Source: Candidatus Omnitrophota bacterium (GTDB lineage: Bacteria > Hinthialibacterota > Hinthialibacteria > Hinthialibacterales > Hinthialibacteraceae). From it: DNA of 64,000 nucleotides. The stretch is taken from positions 23,861 to 87,860 of the forward strand of contig QZKN01000097.1 of the NCBI GenBank assembly GCA_003598175.1, in the 5' to 3' direction. The position numbers were made by a program, and so were the translations under genes. Shown piece by piece: positions 29,092 through 38,082 of this stretch; position 1 is the first letter of the stretch; each line of letters opens with the position of its first letter. Under the pieces are notes generated by a model. It made no database searches. It was not told the DNA's origin and saw nothing but the letters and a program-made list of their open reading frames with translations.

Positions 29092-30597
29092 TCATTCATG
29101 AAATCGCCATTGGTTTACAGCGGTATCGTCTGGATCGAATTCACGAATAAGTCGAAAGCCAATCCCTTGCCTGATTTGATCTGAATCGGAATGTTCCCAA
29201 AAATATCCAAAATCTATATTATGCAATGGTGATGTTGCGCTTTCTCCACAAATCGTGTATGGACGATCAGAAAAATATGGCCAGTAGTTGGAATCATTAT
29301 CAGTATTGAAACACCATTCTGAAACGTTCCCCCATGTATCAAATAAGTTCCAAGGATTTGGTAACTTGGTTCCAACTTCATGCAAATAGAAATCTGAATG
29401 AAGCCAAGCATACGCTTCAATTGGTAAATTGTTGATATTAAAAGAATCATCGAAAAAAAATTTGGTTGTTAGAGTGTTTTGAACAGGCACACCTCCACGA
29501 AAAGCATACTCCCATTCCTCTATTGTTGGTAAACGAAATTTACCCAATCCTAAAACATTCAAACGAGTTATAAATTCAAAACACATTTTTCTGCTTACAT
29601 TATAAACAGGATAATTATCTTTTATACCATAAATTGCTACTAAATTCTCTGGTATAAAATCAATTTCTTGTTTATTAAATATTGTTTTCCATTGAGCAAA
29701 AGTAACTTCATATTTGCCTATGTAATAGTCATTTGGTATAGATATCAATATTTCATTCAAATTTGACCTACTTCCTGTCATTCGAGTAAAAGTTCCAGCA
29801 TGAATCAATACCATCTCAAGCGGCGATACTCCATACGGAAGGCCGGGAAGAGCAATCGTTATTTCTTTATGTGGACGTAGGGCGATATTTAATTCCTCAG
29901 TGGTTGGATTTGTCAAGATTTTATTTTTTTGAAAGTAGCCATCTTTATAAATAGACAAAATGTGATCACCATGTAATATTCTCAATGAGAACGATCCTGA
30001 AGAATCAGTCATGGTCGAAATTCCCGTTCGCAGTATTTCGACTTTTGCATTTTTAATCGGTTCATAAGTTTTGTAATTATAAACGATTCCATATACAAAG
30101 CCGGGAGTCGGAGTTATTGTGGGAGTATGGCTTGGGGTATAGGTCATCGTCGGTGTGAATGTATTTGTCGGAGTTCGAGTCGGAGTAGGTGCTCTCGTAT
30201 TGGACGGCGTTATCGTTAGTGTTGGAGTTCGTGTCGGAGTTGCAGTATTCGTTGAAGTTGGTATTATTTCTGGAATTTGTAATGGAATCATACGAATATT
30301 CAATTCAATATTCTCATTTATTTCTTTGGTTGACTCAAACGTTCGATATCCATCAGCTTCAACCTTTATCACATACGTTCCAGGCAACGGCAATCCAATT
30401 TCATAAAATCCATCTGTCGCGCTTTGAATGGTAATGTCTCCAACTGTTATCAGAGCACCATAGACGGGAATGTCATTGAATAAGGAAAGGACTCTTCCAG
30501 AAATAACGATGTCAGCGGAAGTTTGATTGATAATCACGGTAAATAGTAGTGGGAAGAACGCTGTATTTTTCATCAATTGGTTACTTTCCTTTATCAA
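29092..30597 (-). CDS. Cargo secreted protein: two carboxypeptidase-regulatory-like domains, Pro/Thr linker, FGE-sulfatase domain
   Basis: Signal peptide, TPTRTPT linker, LEMVLIHAGTF, IGKYEVT, FRLPTIEEWEYA, PNPWNLFDTWGNVSEW, GFRL; AT-rich; ends TAVNQWRFHE. Confidence 0.8.
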   Translation of the reverse strand: MIKESNQLMKNTAFFPLLFTVIINQTSADIVISGRVLSLFNDIPVYGALITVGDITIQSATDGFYEIGLPLPGTYVIKVEADGYRTFESTKEINENIELNIRMIPLQIPEIIPTSTNTATPTRTPTLTITPSNTRAPTPTRTPTNTFTPTMTYTPSHTPTITPTPGFVYGIVYNYKTYEPIKNAKVEILRTGISTMTDSSGSFSLRILHGDHILSIYKDGYFQKNKILTNPTTEELNIALRPHKEITIALPGLPYGVSPLEMVLIHAGTFTRMTGSRSNLNEILISIPNDYYIGKYEVTFAQWKTIFNKQEIDFIPENLVAIYGIKDNYPVYNVSRKMCFEFITRLNVLGLGKFRLPTIEEWEYAFRGGVPVQNTLTTKFFFDDSFNINNLPIEAYAWLHSDFYLHEVGTKLPNPWNLFDTWGNVSEWCFNTDNDSNYWPYFSDRPYTICGESATSPLHNIDFGYFWEHSDSDQIRQGIGFRLIREFDPDDTAVNQWRFHE

Positions 30598-31112
30598 TAA
30601 TATTACTCAATCGCTTCCTGTCATGAATAACAAAAAAACGAATATCTGATGGTAAATTAAAATGATTCGCCATATAGGGGAGAGTTCTAAAAGGCCGTGG
30701 GGAAAGAAAATCCGAATCAATTCAAGAGGTCGAATTTCATGTTACGGGGAAGAGTTGCCGACGGTGGACGTACCGTTTGTCAGGCGTTCCTTTACGTTCG
30801 GCGGTTCGTATCGGATACCCGGTGGTGAGACTTTTCCAAGTCAAGCAATATAAAGCACGTCTCCCCGCAAAGGGCAGGCGTGAAAACCTGTTCCCTCGAC
30901 GTGTGGCCATGGGAAAAAAAACATGCCTTAGAATCGATTTGCGATTTAATTTTCTCGTAATAAAATGAGTGATTGAAGATTGCGTTCGGCGGGCCGAACT
31001 TCGCGGCGGCGATTGGTCCGAAAACCTGCCTTTTTTCTCTCTGTTGGTAGCACTGTGGTAGCATGGATTTTTTTGATGTTTTCGGAATGAAGCGTAAGTC
31101 TAATGAAATCAA

Positions 31113-31164
31113 TGTGTGTTGAGATGGACTCGAACCAATGACCCTCTGATAGATTATCAGAGGG
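31113..31164 (-). other. Degenerate 3' fragment of a different tRNA (Lys/Arg-like), relic att site
   Basis: Minus strand TCAGA-GGGTC-ATTGG-TTCGAGT-CCATC-TCAACAC-A; 10-bp inverted repeat 31142-31164; followed by about 55 bp nearly identical to 23069-23122. Confidence 0.6.
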
Positions 31165-31525
31165 CATACGTTTTGACGACCGACGACGCGGCGACCGGGT
31201 TGACAAGATGGGGCGGCGTTTCATCCTTCCATCGACCGGCGGCAGGAAAAAACATCAAACAGCAGGAAACAGCCTTCGTTTTTGTTCCCCGTGCATACTC
31301 AACGCATACTTGAGAAAACCCCGGCGTTCGTAAGTCTAAATATTCGAGGATGTTAAAAAATAAGGCGATTTGATAGGCAATCAGACGACATGAAAAAACC
31401 CGTTCGGATTCGTGGATATTAGATCAATAATCCGAAAATCGGCTCTTTTTTTTGGTGTTGACTTGGTGTTGACTTGAGAAAATCCGTTAAAAATCGAAGG
31501 AAACGTAAGTCTAATGAAATCAAAG

Positions 31526-31599
31526 TCGGGGTGAGAGGATTTGAACCTCCGGCCCACTGCTCCCAAAGCAGTTGCGCTACCAGGCTGCGCTACACCCCG
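31526..31599 (-). tRNA. tRNA-Pro(TGG), CCA not encoded
   Basis: CGGGGTG-TA-GCGC-AGCCTGGTA-GCGC-A-ACTGC-TTTGGGA-GCAGT-GGGCC-GGAGG-TTCAAAT-CCTCT-CACCCCG-A cloverleaf. Confidence 0.97.
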
Positions 31600-31787
31600 C
31601 CGTTTCTTCTTCTTACGATTCAGCAGAAATATTATAACGCATGATCCCTTCCGTACAATCCATCCGGTAAACGAAATCGTGTCCTCACGCTGCGCATTCC
31701 GGCGTTTCATGGAATCCGGTTGTTATAATTCTCACTAACGATTTACCTTGAACATCTACCACACCGATTTTGAGAGAGGAACGTCCC

Positions 31788-33854
31788 ATGTCCGAACCGA
31801 AGCACACGAACCGGCTGATTCATGCCGCCAGCCCGTATCTGCAGCAACACGCCCACAATCCCGTGGATTGGTATGCGTGGGGGGAGGAAGCGCTGCAAAG
31901 GGCGAAAACGGAGAACAAGCCGATTTTTTTGAGTATCGGCTATTCCGCCTGCCATTGGTGCCACGTGATGGAACACGAATCGTTCGAGAACGAAGAAACG
32001 GCGCGCATCATGAACGAACATTTTATCAATATCAAAGTGGATCGCGAGGAACGCCCGGATCTCGACGAGATTTACATGAGCGCGGTGCAGCTGATGACCG
32101 GTTCGGGCGGATGGCCCATGTCCGTCTTTTTAACGCCGGAGTTGAAGCCGTTCTATGGCAGCACATATTTTCCGCCGCGGGATAGGTATGGCCGACCGGG
32201 TTTTGTAACCGTACTGATGAATCTGACCCACGCCTATGAAAACCGGCGGGAGGAGATCGACGAGGCGGCGGACCGGTTGACGGACCAGATTCGAACGATG
32301 GCGAGTCTTTCCGCCGGAACGGGCGAGTTGTCGTATCTACCGATCGAAGACGCCGTGCGGGAGATGAAACGCCGTTTCGATTCGCGTTTCGGCGGCTTCG
32401 GCGGCGCGCCCAAGTTTCCGCATAGCATGGATTTGTCGCTATTACTGCGGCATTACCACAATACCGCTGACGCCGATGCGCTGAAAATTGCCGAATTCAC
32501 ACTGGAAAAGATGGCGCGCGGGGGCATGTACGACCAGATCGGCGGCGGCTTTCATCGCTATTCGACCGACGATCGCTGGCTGATCCCGCATTTCGAAAAA
32601 ATGCTGTACGACAACGCCTTGTTGGCGAAGACGTATCTCGAAGCGTATCAATTGGCGAAAAAACCGTTTTATCGAGAAATAACGAACAGCATTTTGGATT
32701 ATGTTTTACGTGAAATGACGTCTCCTGACGGCGGTTTTTTTTCGACCCAAGACGCGGATTCCGCGGAAGGGGAGGGAATCTTTTTTGCCTGGACGCCGAA
32801 ACAGATCGCCGAGGTGATCGGCAATGAAAAAGCGGAGATCGTTTGCCGGTTTTATGGCGTGGAGGAAAGGGGAAATTTCGAGCATGGCCTGTCGGCGCTG
32901 CATATCGACGAGGAAATGGAGTCCATTGCAGCGGAATTCAATATTTCGACGAACGAATTAAAACAAATCGTTCGCGAAGCCAACGAGAAACTGTTTGCCG
33001 CGCGGGAAACGCGGATCAAACCGGGGCGCGACGAGAAGATCCTGACGGACTGGAACGGTCTGATGATTTCCGCGATGGCGTGTGCGGGGAATGCGCTCGA
33101 TCAAAAGGAATATATCCATGCCGCCGAACGCGCCTGTGATTTTCTGATCCGACATCTTTGCCCAAACAATCGGTTGCTGCATACGTACAAAGATGGCCGG
33201 GCGCACACGAATGGTTTTTTGAGTGATTATGCATTTTTGATCGGCGGATTGCTCGATGCATATGAAGCTGCGCATACCGCGCGCTGGCTGCAAGAAGCGA
33301 TTCGGTTGACAGAGGTGATGATCGAGCAGTTTTGGGATGAGGAAAACGGAGCGTTCTTCTTCACCGGAGCGGATCACGAAAAACTGATCGCGCGAACAAA
33401 AGATCCGATGGATAACGCCACGCCGTCCGGCAATTCCATCGCGATTCTGGATTTGCTGCGATTGGCGGAAATGACGGGGAATTTGGAGTATCGCGCGCGA
33501 GCGGAACAGAGTTTTCGGGCGTTTATTTCTTCCATTCAGCGATTTCCCGGCGCGTTTGCGCAGATGCTATCCGCGCTGGATTTCTTGTTGGCCAAACCGA
33601 AGGAAATCGTGCTGGCGGGGAAGGATGCGGAGAGTCTACGGCCGTTCCAGCAGGCGATTTTTCGCGAGTTTGATCCGCATAAAGTGGTTCTCTATGTATA
33701 TGATGAAGAGATGGCGTCGTTGTCCGCCATGGCGCCGATTGTGGAGGGGAAGAAACCGTTGGATGGTTCTCCGGCATGTTACATTTGCCGGGATTTTCGT
33801 TGCCGACAGCCGGTTACGACCGTGGAGGCGATGATGGCGCAATTGAGGGAGTGA
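31788..33854 (+). CDS. YyaL/DUF255 thioredoxin-domain protein
   Basis: [64 protein letters not shown]. Confidence 0.93.
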   Translation: MSEPKHTNRLIHAASPYLQQHAHNPVDWYAWGEEALQRAKTENKPIFLSIGYSACHWCHVMEHESFENEETARIMNEHFINIKVDREERPDLDEIYMSAVQLMTGSGGWPMSVFLTPELKPFYGSTYFPPRDRYGRPGFVTVLMNLTHAYENRREEIDEAADRLTDQIRTMASLSAGTGELSYLPIEDAVREMKRRFDSRFGGFGGAPKFPHSMDLSLLLRHYHNTADADALKIAEFTLEKMARGGMYDQIGGGFHRYSTDDRWLIPHFEKMLYDNALLAKTYLEAYQLAKKPFYREITNSILDYVLREMTSPDGGFFSTQDADSAEGEGIFFAWTPKQIAEVIGNEKAEIVCRFYGVEERGNFEHGLSALHIDEEMESIAAEFNISTNELKQIVREANEKLFAARETRIKPGRDEKILTDWNGLMISAMACAGNALDQKEYIHAAERACDFLIRHLCPNNRLLHTYKDGRAHTNGFLSDYAFLIGGLLDAYEAAHTARWLQEAIRLTEVMIEQFWDEENGAFFFTGADHEKLIARTKDPMDNATPSGNSIAILDLLRLAEMTGNLEYRARAEQSFRAFISSIQRFPGAFAQMLSALDFLLAKPKEIVLAGKDAESLRPFQQAIFREFDPHKVVLYVYDEEMASLSAMAPIVEGKKPLDGSPACYICRDFRCRQPVTTVEAMMAQLRE

Positions 33855-33857
33855 GGA

Positions 33858-35237
33858 TCATTCCGGATCGATTTCGTAGCCTTGTTTCGCATAGTGTTGC
33901 AGCTTGTAGGTCAGCGCGCGGCGGCTGATGCCGAGAGAGCGGGCGGTTTCCGTGCGATTATACCGATTTTCTCGCAACGCATGCAAAATAGCTTCGCGCT
34001 CGATGTCTTCCATGCGCCTGGCCGGCGAGGATTCCACCGATTCGTTTTCAAGCGCGGTGAACGATTTTAGTATGCGGCGGGGGAGGTGTTCGGGGATGAT
34101 CAATTCACCGCGCGCCATCAGGGTCGCCCGTTCCATCGCGTTGCGAAGTTCGCGGACGTTGCCGGGCCAGTGATATTCTTCAAAGCAGTGCGTCACCGCC
34201 GCGGACAGGCGGGGGCTGCCTTGTTTGAACGTTTGCGCGAAATGAATGGCCAAGGGAATAATATCGGCTTTTCTGTCTCGCAAAGGCGGGATGTAGATTT
34301 CCATCACGTTCAACCGAAAAAACAAATCCTCGCGAAAATTCCCCTTTTCCACTTCCTGTTCCAGATTGCGGTTCGTCGAGGCCAGAATGCGGGTGTTGGT
34401 TTTATATTCCTGGTTGGAGCCAACGCGTTGATAGGTTCCTTCCTGCGTAATGCGCAGCAGTTTCGCCTGCAGGGCGGGAGACATTTCGACGATTTCATCG
34501 AGCAGAATCGTTCCCCCGTTCGCTTCCTCGAACCGGCCGATGCGTTGATGCGTCGCGCCCGTGAAGGAGCCTTTTTCATGGCCGAACAATTCGCTCTCCA
34601 GCAGATTTTCCGGGATGGCGGCGCAATTCACTTTGATCAAGGGTTTGGAAGCGCGAGGGCTCCAGGCGTGAATCACATCCGCCACCACTTCCTTGCCGAC
34701 GCCGCTTTCGCCGGTAATGAGAATACGGCTGTCGGAGGAGGCCACCAACGCCGCTTCCCGAAAAACCTCGATCATGAGCGGGCTGTGAACGACGACGGTG
34801 TCCGGCAATTGCAATCCGTCGGGAATCTGCAATCGGGATCGTTCCCGGATGCCGGCCGCTTTTTGCACGGAGGAGAGGAGTTCATCCAGATCGATGGGTT
34901 TTTCCAGATAATTCACGGCGCCGTCGCGCATGGCGTTCACCGCGTCGCGAATATCGGCGTAAGCCGTAACCAGCAGCACCGGCAAGGTGGGATATTTTTC
35001 TCTCGTTTTCCGCAGCGTTTCCAAACCCGAAATGCCCGGCATCCGAACGTCGGAAATCATGATATTGATTTCTTTCGTATCAAGCAAAGCCAGGGCCTGC
35101 TCGCCGGAGGTTGCCGTGAGGATCTGGAATCCCTGGCCGGACAGAAAGGATTGCAGAAGGCTTCGCTGGCTGGGATCGTCATCGACGATCAAAACGCGGA
35201 TGTGGGAGACCGCTTCTTTCGTATTGGAAACAGCCAT
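33858..35237 (-). CDS. Sigma54-dependent response regulator (ZraR/AtoC-like)
   Basis: REC (VDDD, DVRMP), AAA+ GESGVGKE, ESELFGHEKGSFTGA, WPGNVREL, Fis-type HTH. Confidence 0.95.
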   Translation of the reverse strand: MAVSNTKEAVSHIRVLIVDDDPSQRSLLQSFLSGQGFQILTATSGEQALALLDTKEINIMISDVRMPGISGLETLRKTREKYPTLPVLLVTAYADIRDAVNAMRDGAVNYLEKPIDLDELLSSVQKAAGIRERSRLQIPDGLQLPDTVVVHSPLMIEVFREAALVASSDSRILITGESGVGKEVVADVIHAWSPRASKPLIKVNCAAIPENLLESELFGHEKGSFTGATHQRIGRFEEANGGTILLDEIVEMSPALQAKLLRITQEGTYQRVGSNQEYKTNTRILASTNRNLEQEVEKGNFREDLFFRLNVMEIYIPPLRDRKADIIPLAIHFAQTFKQGSPRLSAAVTHCFEEYHWPGNVRELRNAMERATLMARGELIIPEHLPRRILKSFTALENESVESSPARRMEDIEREAILHALRENRYNRTETARSLGISRRALTYKLQHYAKQGYEIDPE

Positions 35238-35238
35238 C

Positions 35239-36852
35239 TTAGAGTTCTTTCGACGCGAGTCTCAATCCGCGAATGCGAAAGCGAGCGCCTTGATTCTCGC
35301 CGGGAACATACGCGATTTCCCAACCATGCGCGAGCACGATTTGATGAACGACGGCAAGCCCCAATCCCGTGCCTTTCTCCCGCGTGGTAAAATACGGACG
35401 AAAAATCTTGTCCTGATTTTCCGGCGCAATCCCCGGCCCGTCGTCGCGAATTTCGAACGTGACTTCATTGGATTTATTTTTGTCCAGGATAATCTCGATG
35501 CACCCCTTTTCCTCCACGGATTGGATGGCGTTGAGAAATAGATTGAAAATCACCTGCCGAAATAATAACTCATCCGCTTCGACGGTCAATTCGGGTCCCT
35601 GCAATTGGAAATAAATCATTTTGTCTTCGATATCGCTCTTCAATGCGCGATGAACATCGTTGATCAAGGAATTGAGGAGCACCGCCGACGGTTTCAATTC
35701 ACGCGGTTTCGAATATTCGATAAATTCGTTTAGCTGGACGGTTATGCGATCCACTTCATCTGTGATTTTCAGCGAGCGATTGCGGATTTCCTCGGACGTA
35801 TCGGCTTGTTTGGCGATGATTTGCGCCAGTCCGCGGACAATATTCAGCGGATTTCTCGTTTCATGCGCCAGACCGGCGGCGGCGATATTCATTTCGCGCA
35901 AATGCGTATTCATTTCACTGGCGCGGATCAAACGGAGCTGTAAGGAGGACGATTGAACCAGGTTGCGCCATGCAAATCCCAAGCCGATAATGGCCGCAAA
36001 GGCAAATCCGCAAATCGTAATCCGCAGCCATTGATCCCGTTGGCAATCCTGGAGAAATTGTTGTGTGGAGAGTTCAATCACAAATCCGTGCAGTCCCTGC
36101 TTTTGAATCAAAGCCTGATACCGTTCTTCGGATATCCAGGGCGGCCGTCCAAATCCGAATCCGGGACGTCCCCCTCGCTGCCGGAATCGCTCCATGCGGC
36201 TGATGAATTCCGAGGCCATACGCGTGACATCCGGTATCATCGCCGTCGCCGAGGGAATCTCGTTCGCTCCCCATTCCGGCGGTCCGTTGCGATGATTGTT
36301 CCGGCGGTCCTCTTGAAATTCCCCCGGCGGTCCTTCCGGCGGCTCTTCCGGTGAACCCTCGGGAGAGGGAAACCGGGGCCGCCCCCGTCTTGAATCCGGT
36401 CGGAAACGATTGTCGTCAATGATGATCGTCGGCGATTCTTCCTGATTCTCATCCAGTACATTCGCGCCGAAATCCACGAGGTTCATGTAGGCGACTGATT
36501 TTTTCCCCCATTGTTCCACTTGTTGCGGAAGATTGTTGATATCGATTTCGGTATCGCCGGCGGAGGCGGAAAGAACGACTTCTCCGGCGGAATTCAGGAG
36601 GGTAATGGAGTGCAATTCCTCCGATTCCGCTAATTTTTGTAGCGCCGTTTCCAGCCGGCTTTGACTGATGAAACCATCCGGACGGCGCTGGGATTGGAGA
36701 ACGATCGCCACCGTGTCCGAGATATCCACCGCGCGATTTAGCAATCCCTTGCGGGCGGATTCCTTGAAACGGTTATGTTCGACAACCTGCCAAAGGATAA
36801 TCACGATCCCGACGAGTACGAAAACGATGAAAATGGTTTTGGATCGATTCAT
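35239..36852 (-). CDS. Sensor histidine kinase (ZraS-like) with a long Pro/Arg/Gly-rich periplasmic insert
   Basis: Two TMs; H-box AAGLAHETRNPL; N, G1 (DDGPG), F, G2 (GTGLGL) boxes. Confidence 0.92.
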   Translation of the reverse strand: MNRSKTIFIVFVLVGIVIILWQVVEHNRFKESARKGLLNRAVDISDTVAIVLQSQRRPDGFISQSRLETALQKLAESEELHSITLLNSAGEVVLSASAGDTEIDINNLPQQVEQWGKKSVAYMNLVDFGANVLDENQEESPTIIIDDNRFRPDSRRGRPRFPSPEGSPEEPPEGPPGEFQEDRRNNHRNGPPEWGANEIPSATAMIPDVTRMASEFISRMERFRQRGGRPGFGFGRPPWISEERYQALIQKQGLHGFVIELSTQQFLQDCQRDQWLRITICGFAFAAIIGLGFAWRNLVQSSSLQLRLIRASEMNTHLREMNIAAAGLAHETRNPLNIVRGLAQIIAKQADTSEEIRNRSLKITDEVDRITVQLNEFIEYSKPRELKPSAVLLNSLINDVHRALKSDIEDKMIYFQLQGPELTVEADELLFRQVIFNLFLNAIQSVEEKGCIEIILDKNKSNEVTFEIRDDGPGIAPENQDKIFRPYFTTREKGTGLGLAVVHQIVLAHGWEIAYVPGENQGARFRIRGLRLASKEL

Positions 36853-36858
36853 GGTTTA

Positions 36859-38061
36859 TTATTGTATCCGTAAGGGTTTCCAGGATTTACTTTTTCGATT
36901 GACCGCCTTCGTTTCCGTGTCCGGAACCTGCTCTTGATTTAGCGGTTGAATCGCGTCCGGCGCACCGGTTTCCTTTTCAGGAACGTTGTCGAAAAACTTA
37001 TCCATCTGATCCTGAGTAAATGCCTTTGGCGCCAATTGGGTATGGCTTTTTTCCCGCGCGGCCAGATCCACGAGTTTGTCCGGATTCTCCACCACATAGG
37101 GCGTCAGAAAAATCAGCAATTCCGTCTTCGAGTTATTCTTTACTTTACGTTGAAATGCCAATCCCAGCAACGGGATATCCCCCAGAATCGGCACCTTTCG
37201 ATTGGTTTCGGTGCTATTGTCCTCCATCATGCCGCCGATGACGACCGTTTGCCCGTTCGGAGTATTGACCACGGTATCGGCGGAGCGAATAGCGAAAACC
37301 GGGGATTCAATCGTATCCGAAATAGGGACAGTTTCATCGGTGAGGGTCGAGATTTCGGGAGAAAGGATCATCTCTACCAATCCATCCTGCGTGATGAACG
37401 GCGTGACGCGCAGAATGATGCCGATGTCCTGATAGGTAACGGTATTGATCGTTTGCCCGTCCGAAGTGACGCGGCTGTCCGTGACGAACGGAAAACGTTG
37501 CCCCACCGTGATGACGGCTTCCTGATTGTTGCGGGTAAGAATCGAGGGGCGCGAGAGGACTTCGAGTTTTCCCACTTCGGACAATGCCCGTAACGTCAAC
37601 TGTACATCATTTTCAAGCAGCCGGTAAAAGCCGCCGCGCGATTCCGCCGCCAGCCCGAACATGGTTTCGAAGATGCTGCCGTTGGCGCCTCGTTTTTTCA
37701 CATCCAGGGTACCTTCCAGGCCGAAATCCAGATCATCGCGATAGGTCACTTCGAGAAAGACCACCTTGATCAAAACCTGCTGAACCGGACGGTCCAGATT
37801 TTCAACGATCTGCTTGATGTGCTCATTGGTTTCCTCGTCGGTGATGACGATGATGGAGCGGCTGTCGTAATCCACCTGGATCATTGCTTCACCGATCATG
37901 CCCTTGGTCAGATATTCTCTCATGCCGGCGGCGCCGGAATAGGAAGAGCGACCGGTGGTGGTTCCGCCGAAGGTCCGCATTTGAGCGGACAGGTCGCTCG
38001 CAATGAGCAACAGAAACGAGCAGTTGAAAACGATGATTAATAAATTTCTACGAAAATTCAT
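36859..38061 (-). CDS. gspD: Secretin C-terminal part (half N-domain + secretin barrel) with its own signal peptide
   Basis: LDRPVQQVLIKVVFLEV, VLSRPSILTRNNQEAVITVGQ, DIGIILRVTP, VVIGGM, KVPILGDIPLLG, TELLIFLTP. Confidence 0.9.
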   Translation of the reverse strand: MNFRRNLLIIVFNCSFLLLIASDLSAQMRTFGGTTTGRSSYSGAAGMREYLTKGMIGEAMIQVDYDSRSIIVITDEETNEHIKQIVENLDRPVQQVLIKVVFLEVTYRDDLDFGLEGTLDVKKRGANGSIFETMFGLAAESRGGFYRLLENDVQLTLRALSEVGKLEVLSRPSILTRNNQEAVITVGQRFPFVTDSRVTSDGQTINTVTYQDIGIILRVTPFITQDGLVEMILSPEISTLTDETVPISDTIESPVFAIRSADTVVNTPNGQTVVIGGMMEDNSTETNRKVPILGDIPLLGLAFQRKVKNNSKTELLIFLTPYVVENPDKLVDLAAREKSHTQLAPKAFTQDQMDKFFDNVPEKETGAPDAIQPLNQEQVPDTETKAVNRKSKSWKPLRIQ

Positions 38062-38082
38062 GGTTCGTTACCTCGAATTGGA

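Larger units (their letters stand above)
23103..31573. mobile_element. About 8.4-kb integrated satellite-like (PICI/PICMI-like) element in tRNA-Pro(TGG)
   Basis: 70-bp flanking repeats, tyrosine integrase, AlpA-like HTH, DUF3987-like replicase with iterons, AT-rich cargo; no capsid, terminase or relaxase recognised. Confidence 0.88.

Noticed and set aside
29092..29350. DGR target (FGE/CLec fold C-terminus)
   Set aside because: No reverse transcriptase and no adenine-variant template repeat seen in the window
30100..30260. Nucleotide repeats in the cargo gene (also 56720-56990)
   Set aside because: Explained by Pro/Thr linker coding
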